A stretch of 61,968 bases of DNA, the filler included, from Candidatus Desantisbacteria bacterium CG1_02_49_89 (lineage in GTDB: Bacteria; Desantisbacteria; UBA1551), in the NCBI GenBank assembly GCA_001871075.1. It is 6 parts of 6 records of this genome, joined end to end, with 100 filler letters (N's around TTAATTAATTAA, not from the genome) between each part and the next. Parts side by side here need not be neighbours in the genome. Positions count along the whole stretch, not along the records: positions 7,981 to 26,336 come from MNUP01000141.1; 5 more parts are not named here. One strand, given 5' to 3'. Both the position numbers and the translations under genes were made by a program. Positions within the stretch are counted from its first letter, which is position 1, and the number at the start of each line of letters is the position of its first letter. The notes beneath the pieces are model-generated. The model had not been told where the DNA came from and did not search any database. It was given only the letters and a program-made list of their open reading frames with translations. This document shows, piece by piece, positions 9,044-17,889 of the stretch.

Positions 9044-9243
9044 ATTATGAATTATGAATGATGGAATTCGAAAACATTCTGTAAAACCACACGAGAATGT
9101 TGCCCGAAGGGCAAAGTTATGAGTCAGGGCTGAAGCCCTGAGTTATCCGCCCCGATGTCCATCGGGGCGAGACCTCGCCCCGAAGGGGCGGGCAATATAT
9201 TCCTTGTAGTTGATTCATAACTCATAAATCATAACTCATAATT
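9044..9243. repeat. Composite dispersed element, copy 1 (TTATGAA/TTCATAA arms with nested hairpins)
   Basis: Shares gagaatgttgcccgaagggcaaagttatga.tcagggct.aagccctgagtta and both arms with 59181-59348. Confidence 0.9.
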
Positions 9244-9259
9244 ATCATTTGGAGGAGTA

Positions 9260-9787
9260 ATGATCTCGAGCGATGAGGCGGAACTGAACGCGATAAGGCA
9301 GGTTGCGAACCTTATGTGCGCCGCCGCAAGGACCGCTCCGAAGGGCAGGGGTATTGACAACCTTGTCACCGCCATCGTTGAAGGCGAGGAAAAGAATGCC
9401 ATCGCGCGGAAAATGCTTGAGCTTGCCAGGGAAAAGGATGTCCAGAGTTTTGCGAGGGACGCGGCCGGCGTCAGGTTCGCACCGGTCCTGGTGCTCATAG
9501 GAACAAGGGCAAAACCTATGGGCCTGAAGATCTGCGGGCTGTGCGGGTTCAAGGACTGCGCGGAGCTTGAGGGAAAAGGCGGCATCTGTGTGTTCAATGC
9601 TTCTGACCTGGGTGTTGCGATCGGATCAGCGGTCTCAGTGGCTGCGCTGCACCACGTAGACAACAGGGTAATGTATACTGCCGGGATCGCGGCAATGGAA
9701 ATGGAACTACTCGGTAAGGACGTGAAGATCCTATTTACCATCCCGCTTACCGCTACCGGCAAGAACCCTTTCTTTGATAGAAAATAA
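9260..9787 (+). CDS. DUF2148-like ferredoxin-domain protein
   Basis: MCAAARTAPKGRG, CGLCGFKDC, DLGVAIGSA, VDNRVMYTAG. Confidence 0.85.
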   Translation: MISSDEAELNAIRQVANLMCAAARTAPKGRGIDNLVTAIVEGEEKNAIARKMLELAREKDVQSFARDAAGVRFAPVLVLIGTRAKPMGLKICGLCGFKDCAELEGKGGICVFNASDLGVAIGSAVSVAALHHVDNRVMYTAGIAAMEMELLGKDVKILFTIPLTATGKNPFFDRK

Positions 9788-10020
9788 CTACAGGGACACA
9801 CAGAAATATTTTGCCACTGAAATCACTAAGCCCTCTGAGTTTTAACCTTGAAACCTTGAAACCACGGAACCTCGGAACAAATATATTGAGACGCAGATTT
9901 TCACAGGTTTTACCATTGAGATCACTAAATGCACTGAGTATTACATTAAATCCAAAATGCGCAGAGGCCGCATAAAAGGAGGGAAAGAACAGACCTCAGA
10001 ACAGAAAAAAGGAGAGGAAA

Positions 10021-10314
10021 GTGAAGAAACTATACGTTGGTAATTTTGGTTATGATACCACCGAAGAGCAGTTAAAGGAGCTGTTTGCAGCGGCAGGAAC
10101 TGTTGTGAGCGCGACCATCATCAAGGATAAGCACAGTGAAAGGTCGAAAGGTTTTGGGTTTGTTGAGATGTCAACTGACGAAGAAGCGGCTAAAGCGATC
10201 GCCGATCTTAACGGGAAAGATCTGGGAGGCCGTGCTATTTCTGTTGCTGAAGCGCGTCCTATGCGTGAGCGCAGTGGCGGCGGTGGCGGTGGCGGAGGCC
10301 GGGACAGATTTTAA
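10021..10314 (+). CDS. RRM-domain RNA-binding protein
   Basis: KLYVGN (RNP2), KGFGFVEM (RNP1), Gly-rich tail; GTG start. Confidence 0.95.
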   Translation: MKKLYVGNFGYDTTEEQLKELFAAAGTVVSATIIKDKHSERSKGFGFVEMSTDEEAAKAIADLNGKDLGGRAISVAEARPMRERSGGGGGGGGRDRF

Positions 10315-10335
10315 CGGATCGGATTGTAAAAAACA

Positions 10336-12195
10336 ATGAAACATAAGTGGAAGATCCCTTTCTGGATAGGCGTCGGATCGCTGGCGTGGTTCATCCTGCG
10401 TGTCGGGCCGAGGCCCGCCCGCATAATGTATCCCTGCCAGCGCGCCGCGCTTGTCCAGATGTCATGGGCTTTCCCGGCGGCTTTTATTTCAGCGCTTGCG
10501 GGCATGTGGAGCGCCGCGCTGAATTTTTTCAGAAGCAGTCGTTTCAAAAGGTTCGCAAGGGTTGCGGCGGTCTGCGCGGCTGTTGCGGCCGGGCTTCTTG
10601 TTTTTTCCGGTTCCCGGAGATTCTGGGTTAACAGCGCGCCTGTTGGCCTGAAGATGGACAGGAGCTCCGCGCGCATACTGCCGTTCGCAGTTCCGGAAAA
10701 AGGGGTATCGCTTGTCAGCTTCAGGCACGACCCTACCGCATATTACGGCAGGAAACCGCCCTACGACGAGAATTCCAATCCGGCATACGGCATTGTTTGC
10801 AGGGCTGTCGCGGACCTGGGCCTGGGCAGCACTTCCAGCCCGCTGGAAGGATTCGTAACAAGCGCGGACACGGTGCTTATAAAACCGAACCTGCTCGGGG
10901 ATAAAACCGGCATGTATACCCATCCGTCAGTGGTGCGCCCCCTTATTGATATGTGCGTGAGGGCGGGCGCGAAAGTAATATGGGTGGGGGACGGCGGCCC
11001 GGGATATGTGGGCACAGAAGCCATCATGAGAGAGGTCGGGTACACCGACATGGTGGAAGCGCTGAAAAGCGAGTACCCCGGGGTCCGGATACGGACCGTT
11101 AACCTGCATGACCTGAGGCAATGGCATTGGGTAAACCTTGGCAGGCAGAGCATGTTCTGCAAAAGCGGTTACCGGGACGCTGACCTTGCGGATGCCATGG
11201 GTTTTTCCCTTGTGAATTCCCCCTACTACGCGAAAAAGGACCCGCAGGGCGTGAATCCCGGAGGGAAGGTGATGGGATGGTACGCGATAAGCGATTACGT
11301 GCTTGGCGCGACCGTAATAATCAACGCGGCAAAAATGAAATGCCACGATTATATGATAAACTCACTCACTATAAAAAATAACGTGGGCGTAACTCTCGGG
11401 AGCACTGTCAGCGAAGTGGAGGTCTCAACCTGGAGGATCGCTCACTTGAAGACAAGGCCTGATTTCGAGCAGGTCCAGTTCGAAACAAACTTCGGCAACG
11501 ACATATTCTGGAGGGCTATTTCCGACGTAAACAGGATAGTACTGTATGCCGACAGCTCCGGGGTCCTTAAGGTTAAAAAACAGCGCAAATACCTTGCTTT
11601 TGTGGACGCGGTAGAGGCAAGCGAAGTAAACCAGTACGGGCTGGGCATGGGCGGGGGGACAATATACAGGGGCCAGGCTGTATTCGCCGGGACAGACCCG
11701 GTTGCTGTTGACGCGGTGGCTTCCAGGTTCATGGGTTTTGACTGCCTGAAAGTACCCGTTCTGGCAAAAGCGCCGCTTGCCCCGCCTGACAGCGGCGGGA
11801 AATACGATCTCGGGACCAATGACCCGGCCGGGATCAGGATAACAGGCAGCATAATGGGCCCGGATTTCTCGCGCGTATTTGAGCACAGCACCAACTGGCA
11901 CGAATATACTGAAAGGGAAAGGCTGGACATAATAGATTTCGATCCCCCGGATGTCAGTTCTGTCGGGTCAAGCCCCCCGGGACCCGGAGGGCGCGTCAGG
12001 ATCACCGCCCTTATAACCGGCGGCACCGCAGCTTACCTTTATTATGAAGTTCTGGGTAAGGGATACGTGAAGAAAATGCAGAGGCAGGGAGCAGAATATA
12101 CGGCATTCATTCCGGACATCGAGTGCGATTATTCCGTCCAGGCACAGGACAATCATTTCAACACAAGGATCACCCCGTTCTACAGCCGCAGGTAA
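10336..12195 (+). CDS. DUF362-domain membrane-anchored protein
   Basis: VLIKPNL, THPSVV, INAAKMKCH...TIKNNVG, DPVAVDAVA; N-terminal WFILRVGPRPARIMYPCQRAA and hydrophobic segments. Confidence 0.75.
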   Translation: MKHKWKIPFWIGVGSLAWFILRVGPRPARIMYPCQRAALVQMSWAFPAAFISALAGMWSAALNFFRSSRFKRFARVAAVCAAVAAGLLVFSGSRRFWVNSAPVGLKMDRSSARILPFAVPEKGVSLVSFRHDPTAYYGRKPPYDENSNPAYGIVCRAVADLGLGSTSSPLEGFVTSADTVLIKPNLLGDKTGMYTHPSVVRPLIDMCVRAGAKVIWVGDGGPGYVGTEAIMREVGYTDMVEALKSEYPGVRIRTVNLHDLRQWHWVNLGRQSMFCKSGYRDADLADAMGFSLVNSPYYAKKDPQGVNPGGKVMGWYAISDYVLGATVIINAAKMKCHDYMINSLTIKNNVGVTLGSTVSEVEVSTWRIAHLKTRPDFEQVQFETNFGNDIFWRAISDVNRIVLYADSSGVLKVKKQRKYLAFVDAVEASEVNQYGLGMGGGTIYRGQAVFAGTDPVAVDAVASRFMGFDCLKVPVLAKAPLAPPDSGGKYDLGTNDPAGIRITGSIMGPDFSRVFEHSTNWHEYTERERLDIIDFDPPDVSSVGSSPPGPGGRVRITALITGGTAAYLYYEVLGKGYVKKMQRQGAEYTAFIPDIECDYSVQAQDNHFNTRITPFYSRR

Positions 12196-12211
12196 ACCCG
12201 CCTTAAGAATT

Positions 12212-12308
12212 ACCACGGAGGCACAGAGACACAGAGAAATATTTGGCTTTTTCAAATGACAAAAGACTACCTTTGCAGCCACGAATTTGCACGGATTTCC
12301 ACGAATTA
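12212..12308. repeat. Dispersed STR-type element, copy 1 (copy 2 at about 57975-58080)
   Basis: accac.gaggcac.gagacacagagaaatatt...caaatgac...gact.cctttg...ccacg shared. Confidence 0.8.
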
Positions 12309-12400
12309 AACCGGCGAAACCGGCATAACTATCCAAACTTATTTTTCAATTTGTTCCGAATGAATCCCTTTGGGGCATTTTGATTTTTGACTTATTTTCT

Positions 12401-12430
12401 TTAAACCTTTTAAGGCAATAATATGTCTAA
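12401..12430 (+). promoter_or_regulatory. Putative ECF-sigma autoregulatory promoter
   Basis: TTAAAC-N17-TGTCTAA, like the AAC.../GTC promoters of SigW/RpoE-type ECFs, directly upstream of the sigma gene. Confidence 0.5.
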
Positions 12431-12498
12431 ATTATAGAGAGGAAGATCTCGAATTCATCAGAAGGTTCAGGGATGGAGAAGGGCCTGCCTTTGATGCG

Positions 12499-12972
12499 TT
12501 GGTGCGCAAATACCAGAAAAAGGTTTACTATTTTGCCTTCCGCCTTGCCCGCAACCACCAGGATGCAGACGACCTTGCCCAGGAAACCTTCATAAGGACC
12601 TATAATTCCCTTGGCGCTTTTAAGGGAGGTTCCGCCTTTTTCACGTGGCTGTACAGAATAACAATAAATCTTTATATAAATTCATACAGGAAAAAAATAA
12701 GGCAGAACCAGATCCTTGCCGGAGAAACCGAGTTCACCTACCAGGGCCTGGACGCCCTCTCAATGGTGCAGGACAAGGAACTTGGGAAAAAAATAGGCGC
12801 CGCGGCAGCAAAACTGCCGCCGCGCCAGCAGGTTGCCTTTAACCTGAGATACATAGAGGAGCTGACGTTTGAGGAAGTAGCCGAATCAATGGGTTGCTCG
12901 GTCGGGGCGGCGAAGGCAAGCTGTTTCCAGGCAGTCCGCAAAATGCGCGGATATTTAAAATCAGAAAGATAG
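12499..12972 (+). CDS. ECF RNA polymerase sigma factor (true start uncertain; similarity extends to about 12439)
   Basis: DADDLAQETFI, FFTWLYRITIN, LPPRQQVAFNLRYIEELTFEEVAESMG. Confidence 0.9.
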   Translation: MVRKYQKKVYYFAFRLARNHQDADDLAQETFIRTYNSLGAFKGGSAFFTWLYRITINLYINSYRKKIRQNQILAGETEFTYQGLDALSMVQDKELGKKIGAAAAKLPPRQQVAFNLRYIEELTFEEVAESMGCSVGAAKASCFQAVRKMRGYLKSER

Positions 12973-13325
12973 CCACGGAAGCCCCTTGCTGCTCCGATAA
13001 ATACCGGAGCAATACGCAGGGACCTTCGGGTCAGAGCTGAGTCGATGACCCTACGGCACGGAAGGACGGAGGCACGGAGATACAGTCCGCCCGTCTTTCA
13101 GCGGGCGAGACCTCGCCCCGATAGACATCGGGGCGGGAGACTACCTTATAAATTTTTGGTTTCTCTTACAGAACCTATGTCGGTAAACTTGATACTTGAC
13201 ACTTGTTGCCCCTGCGGTCACCACTCCGGCGACCTGCCGTAGGGGCATGGCAACCCGCCGTTGAGGCGGGACTCTTGATACTGAAAATAATCACCGTAAT
13301 CTCTTTAAGAAATCACTGTAATCAA
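12973..13325. repeat. Stack of palindromic and STR elements between sigma and anti-sigma genes
   Basis: cgcagggaccttcgggtca...tgaccctacggca (also about 25820), gggcgagacctcgccccgat...atcggggcggg, cccgccgttgaggcggga, aatcaccgtaatc. Confidence 0.85.
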
Positions 13326-13336
13326 ACAGGAAAAAG

Positions 13337-13945
13337 ATGAAGTGCAAAGAGGCTAACGAACTACTGGAAAGGTACCTTGAGGGGGATCTGGATGAAAAGT
13401 CCGGGTCTTGCGTTGAAGCGCACCTTCGGGAATGCGGCAACTGCGCGGCAGACCTGGCATTCGCAAGGCAGATCCTTGAAGCCGCGAAGGCGCAGCCTGT
13501 GCCGGCGCCCCCGGATGATTACTGGGCCGGGTTTATAACGGGGTTGCATCGCAGGATCAGCGGCAAGATGACTGCCGGAATTTATTCAGGCATTAACACG
13601 GCGCGTGTCCTGAGAATTGCTCTGCCTGTTTTCGCCGCGGGCCTCCTGCTTATTTTTCTGCTGGCGCCACGCAGCACGCGTTTTGCGCCGGTGGCCCCCA
13701 CCGCGCCGCAGGCCCCTGATCAGCCAGCCACAGGGACAAAAATAAACGCGGCGGCGCTGGAATGCCTTGAGCCGGCCCTCAAAGCCACGCAGGCGATAGA
13801 AGACGCTTACTGCGATGCCGTTATGCTGGAAGAGGCAGTTGAGCAAAAGACATCAGGGGATTTCGTGATGTTTTTGGAGGAACTGACAGAAGAGGAGAGA
13901 ACCGCTCTTAAGGAAAAAATAAGCAATTCGATGCAGCAGCTTTAA
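13337..13945 (+). CDS. Zinc-binding (zf-HC2) membrane anti-sigma factor
   Basis: MKCKEA...HLRECGNC (HxxxCxxC); one TM helix. Confidence 0.88.
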   Translation: MKCKEANELLERYLEGDLDEKSGSCVEAHLRECGNCAADLAFARQILEAAKAQPVPAPPDDYWAGFITGLHRRISGKMTAGIYSGINTARVLRIALPVFAAGLLLIFLLAPRSTRFAPVAPTAPQAPDQPATGTKINAAALECLEPALKATQAIEDAYCDAVMLEEAVEQKTSGDFVMFLEELTEEERTALKEKISNSMQQL

Positions 13946-13963
13946 AACAGGAGGTACGGTTCA

Positions 13964-14560
13964 ATGAATAGGCGTTTTACATCAAAACCAATATATTTAT
14001 TCCTGATTATTTTTCTTTTTGCCGCTGCCCTGAATGCCGCGGCTCAGGTCGGGCCTCCCTGGCCCGAAAAAGACAAAAAGCCGGAGCAAAAAGGAAATCC
14101 GGCTCCGCCAGCCGAAGAGCAGGGATACAAAAAGGAAGAGCTCAGGGAGATGCTTGAGACTTTGCGGGTATGGAAGATGACCAAGGCGCTGGAGCTCACC
14201 GAGGAACAGTCGCTGAAGATATTTCCCAGGATGAACGAAATAGAGAAGGCAAGGGAAGCCGCGGGTAAGGTAAGGGCGCAGGCAGCGGAAGAACTCAAGA
14301 AGATGGTAAATTCCCCCGCGGGTCCGGACCGGGAAAAAATAAGCGAAAAACTCGCCGGGATAGAGAAGGCCGAATCAGAGCTCAGGTCAAAAGAGGAAAA
14401 GTTCCGCGAGGAGATAAAATCTCTGCTTTCACCGGTGCAGCAGGCAAAGCTCGTTATTTTCCTAAAGGATTTTGAGGAAGACGTGAAGCGCATGGTGGCT
14501 GAAGTAAGGGGAATGAGGAAGGAAGCGGCGGAAAAGAAAATGCAGCAGAAGCGCAAATAA
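13964..14560 (+). CDS. Periplasmic Spy/CpxP-like helical protein
   Basis: Signal peptide; LELTEEQ and LLSPVQQ (LTxxQ-like) motifs. Confidence 0.7.
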   Translation: MNRRFTSKPIYLFLIIFLFAAALNAAAQVGPPWPEKDKKPEQKGNPAPPAEEQGYKKEELREMLETLRVWKMTKALELTEEQSLKIFPRMNEIEKAREAAGKVRAQAAEELKKMVNSPAGPDREKISEKLAGIEKAESELRSKEEKFREEIKSLLSPVQQAKLVIFLKDFEEDVKRMVAEVRGMRKEAAEKKMQQKRK

Positions 14561-14609
14561 TCAGACACAGATAGGCACTGATTTTCCACAGATAAAAACG
14601 GGGGAAGAC

Positions 14610-14972
14610 ATGAAAAGAATAATTTTCACACCATTGCTGATATTCCTTATAATGACGACATCAGGTTTTTTAATGACCGGGGCGCAGGAGCAGGCCGCGG
14701 AGGATTTCAGCCCGGACATTGAAAGCGAACAGGATGCAGAGTTCCTGGAGAGCCTTGACCTGCTGGGAGACGCGGAGCTGCTGGAAATGCTCATCTCAGA
14801 CCCCGGGTTCATGGAAGTTTTTGAGGAATTCAGCGAGGACATAGGCATAGGCGAGGAAGAAGTTCCTTTTGACCTCCTCGGGGAAGCTGGCGCGTTCTCG
14901 AAAGCGCAGGAGCTGGGAGGGGACAAAAAGGCTGTTGAAGAAATGGAGAGAGAGCAGGGAGGTGGCAGGTGA
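14610..14972 (+). CDS. Small acidic exported hypothetical protein
   Basis: Signal-like N-terminus, RBS, stop overlaps next start (GTGA); EFLESLDLL...LLEML. Confidence 0.65.
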   Translation: MKRIIFTPLLIFLIMTTSGFLMTGAQEQAAEDFSPDIESEQDAEFLESLDLLGDAELLEMLISDPGFMEVFEEFSEDIGIGEEEVPFDLLGEAGAFSKAQELGGDKKAVEEMEREQGGGR

Positions 14973-16363
14973 GAAACACAGCGAGGATCCTATCGGCCGG
15001 CATCGCCTGCTTTTTATTCTTGGCCGCCCTGCAGCCCGCGCTTGGCAGTGAAAGGCTGACAAAGCTTATTTATATCGAGGGGATCGTTGAGGTGCAGAAA
15101 CCCGGCGCCAGGTTTGCGAAGGCTGAGCTGGACATGCAGCTGGGCAAAGGCGATGTGCTGCGGACCGGCAGCGGTTCGATAGCGGAGCTTGAGCTGGATG
15201 ACGGCAGCTTCGTGAAGATCGGAGAAGAAAGCACGATCGGCATACTTGCGCTTGAAGAAGTGGGGCCGGGGAAAGACAGGGTATCCCTGTTCAAGCTTAT
15301 ACTGGGGGAGATAAAGGCGACTATACAGAAAGCGCTGGGCAGGCAGGCGAGTTTTGAGGTTCAGACCGCGGCTTGCATAGCCGGAGTGCGCGGGACGGAT
15401 TTCACGGTGACCGCGGAGGGCGATGAGGCAGCTGACGTGGAAGTCCTTGAAGGCAGCGTAGCAGTGGAAGGGCTGGGGGAAAAAGGCGAGCGCGGCGCGC
15501 TGTCCGAAGTGAAGGCGGGGCAGAGCACGCGGGTTGAAAAGGGAAAGCCCCCGATGGCCGTACAGAAGATTGAAGCGTACCGCAGGGCAAGGTGGGAGCT
15601 TTTCGCGAAAAAGAAAAAAATATTCAACTCCGCGAAGGAGCTTGAAAAGGCAAAAATAGCTGCCGATTTCCTCAGGGTAAAATACGCGCAGGCTGAAGGC
15701 GAAAGCCGAAAGGCCCTGCTGAAACAGGCGGAAGGCCTGAAGAAAGCGGTGGTTAAAACCGCGCTTGAAATGGAAAAGGCAAACAAAGATTTCATCAAAG
15801 ACAAAGAAAAGCTTGACAGGGAGACCGCGAAGGCCGTTGCTGACTGGAAAAGACTGCCGCCCGAGAAACGGGCCAAGGCAAGGATGAATTACGAGATATG
15901 GAAGAGCACCGCCCCGCAGCCCGCCTTTGCGCGCAGGGACAGGATGAAGGAGATCCTTGAAAACTGGAAGGACACGCCTCCACAGGTGAAAGCCGTGATC
16001 ATCCGCGCGCACAAGGCGTGGAACAGCCTTAAGCCCGAACTGAAAAAGGCAATAATCCTGAAAGTGAGGCAGTTCAGCCAGCTTCCGCCCTGGGTCAAGA
16101 AAAAGATCGTTGACAACTGCCGCAGGTGGAAAGGCCTTCAGCCCGAGGTAAAAAAGAGGATGGTGGAGAACTACGGGAAATGGAAAAAACTTCCCCCTGA
16201 AAAGAGGGAGGATATAAAGGACAGGATCGAGGATTTCAAGAACCTTCCTCCGGAAAAGAAGCTCCGGATATTAAAATTGCACAAGATGTGGCAGAAGGTT
16301 CCGCCCAAGATGCGCATGGAATGGATGAAGAAGCATGCTGGCAAACCCCCAAAAAGAAGTTGA
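14969..16363 (+). CDS. Exported FecR-domain protein with coiled coil and DUF3106-like WxxLPPE repeats
   Basis: GDVLRTGSGSIAELELDDGS, FEVQTAACIAGVRGTDF, VEVLEGSV; repeats WKRLPPEKR, WKDTPPQ, WNSLKPE, FSQLPP, WKGLQPE, WKKLPPE, FKNLPPE, WQKVPP. Confidence 0.8.
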   Translation: MRNTARILSAGIACFLFLAALQPALGSERLTKLIYIEGIVEVQKPGARFAKAELDMQLGKGDVLRTGSGSIAELELDDGSFVKIGEESTIGILALEEVGPGKDRVSLFKLILGEIKATIQKALGRQASFEVQTAACIAGVRGTDFTVTAEGDEAADVEVLEGSVAVEGLGEKGERGALSEVKAGQSTRVEKGKPPMAVQKIEAYRRARWELFAKKKKIFNSAKELEKAKIAADFLRVKYAQAEGESRKALLKQAEGLKKAVVKTALEMEKANKDFIKDKEKLDRETAKAVADWKRLPPEKRAKARMNYEIWKSTAPQPAFARRDRMKEILENWKDTPPQVKAVIIRAHKAWNSLKPELKKAIILKVRQFSQLPPWVKKKIVDNCRRWKGLQPEVKKRMVENYGKWKKLPPEKREDIKDRIEDFKNLPPEKKLRILKLHKMWQKVPPKMRMEWMKKHAGKPPKRS

Positions 16364-16571
16364 AAGTTAAAGGTTGAAGGTTGAAAGTTGAAAGATTTCC
16401 ACGAAATCACGAAAGTACCACGAAGACACGAAAAATTCCTTGGACCTCGGAACCTTTAATCCTCGGGACCAGTTTTAAACTGGATACTGGACACTGGTTA
16501 CTGGATACTATTTCGGCGATGCACGACCCGCAAGGGCGATGCACGAGGAACGAGAAAGAGGAGGTGGGAGA

Positions 16572-17054
16572 ATGAAAAAAGTAACGGTACTGATTTTAGG
16601 AGCGTTGATGTTTGCGGGCAGCATGGCGATCGCGGCTGACGCGGAGAAAAAGATCGACTATTTTGAGGAGTGGGCGAAGGATAATCCAGCGCTTGCGGAA
16701 GAGCTGGTCATAATCTACAAGGACCATCCCGGATGGCGCGGAGCGATGTGGGGCGACGAAGTAAAGATGAAATGGGTGCTGGATAACGCGGAAAAGCACC
16801 CTATGGCTGCTTTTGTCCTGATGGAGTATGCTGACAACCATCCGGAGTTGACAAAGTGGTGCTGGGAACATCCCGTGTGGGCGAAACACGCGCTCATTTA
16901 CGCGGCGGCGCATAAAAGGGCGGTCTTTTTTGCCGCAAAGCATCCAGGGATGGCAAAATGGGTAAAGAACCATCCGGCCAAGGCAGGCTGGATAAAGAAC
17001 CATCCTGTCGCGGCGAAGAAAGTAATAAAGCAAAAGGTCAAAGGAAAAAGATAA
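16572..17054 (+). CDS. Exported hypothetical protein with periodic xxxHP repeats
   Basis: ATG 16572 after GAGGTGGGAG; signal peptide; YKDHP, AEKHP, ADNHP, CWEHP, AAKHP, VKNHP, IKNHP. Confidence 0.75.
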   Translation: MKKVTVLILGALMFAGSMAIAADAEKKIDYFEEWAKDNPALAEELVIIYKDHPGWRGAMWGDEVKMKWVLDNAEKHPMAAFVLMEYADNHPELTKWCWEHPVWAKHALIYAAAHKRAVFFAAKHPGMAKWVKNHPAKAGWIKNHPVAAKKVIKQKVKGKR

Positions 17055-17060
17055 TGAAAA

Positions 17061-17094
17061 AAGGGGCGGCTCAGGTAAACGGGCCGCCCTTTTT
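17061..17094 (+). terminator. Intrinsic terminator closing the ECF cluster
   Basis: gggcggctc-aggtaaac-gggccgccc followed by T tract. Confidence 0.8.
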
Positions 17095-17111
17095 GTTTTC
17101 CGGCGCGCTCC

Positions 17112-17140
17112 TTGACATTCCATTCAATCTGTGATATAAT
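17112..17140 (+). promoter_or_regulatory. Consensus sigma70 promoter
   Basis: TTGACA-N17-TATAAT with TG extension. Confidence 0.8.
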
Positions 17141-17252
17141 ACAAATGAACTAATGTCCGCCCATCTTTCAGCGAGCGAGACCTCGCCCAATTTGTAAAAT
17201 TGGGCGGGAGCAATGGAGCAATAGAACAATAGATTATAACCGGGGGAGGAAA

Positions 17253-17813
17253 ATGAAAATGTGCTGCTGGGGATGCGGAGGAGCTTTCTGGGGTGTTGTT
17301 CTGGTGATCCTGGGCGTTTTATTCATACTGAGCGCGGTTTTCCATTTCCAGGTGCCTGTATTCAGGATCTTCTTTGCCATACTTTTCATATGGATGGGGA
17401 TCAGCGTTCTTTCCGGCGGCTGGAGGCACGTAGGAATGGGGTGGCGCGGAGACCGCGGATGGCGCAGCGAAACCGAGGTAAGGGCCGGCGAAAACGTGCA
17501 GAAGGAATACAGCGTCATATTCGGCAAGGGGAACATTGATTTGACAGGCGTCACGGTGAAGGAAGGCACGGTCCAGACAGAGATAAACACCGTGTTCGGC
17601 TCGACTGTCATAAAAATGAATCCCGGTATACCGGCAAAAGTCATCTTGAATTCCGCTTTTTCGTCCGCAAGGATGCCGGACGGCAACGTTACCACGTTCG
17701 GGGAATATACTTATAAGACCCCGAGCTTCAAAGAAGGCGAGAACGCGCTTATTATTAAGGCGGACGTGGTGTTCGGCTCTCTTGAAGTCATAGGCGCCGA
17801 CCTTAAGTTGTAG
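17253..17813 (+). CDS. LiaF-like membrane protein (cell-envelope stress, DUF2154-like)
   Basis: Two N-terminal TM helices (FWGVVLVILGVLFIL); beta domain with VIFGKGNIDLT, NTVFGS, DVVFGSLEV. Confidence 0.65.
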   Translation: MKMCCWGCGGAFWGVVLVILGVLFILSAVFHFQVPVFRIFFAILFIWMGISVLSGGWRHVGMGWRGDRGWRSETEVRAGENVQKEYSVIFGKGNIDLTGVTVKEGTVQTEINTVFGSTVIKMNPGIPAKVILNSAFSSARMPDGNVTTFGEYTYKTPSFKEGENALIIKADVVFGSLEVIGADLKL

Positions 17814-17889
17814 CGCAGTTAAAAGTTGAAAGTTGAACGTTGAAAGTTAAAAAATCCGTGCAAATCAGTGGCAATCTGTGTCTAATTTT

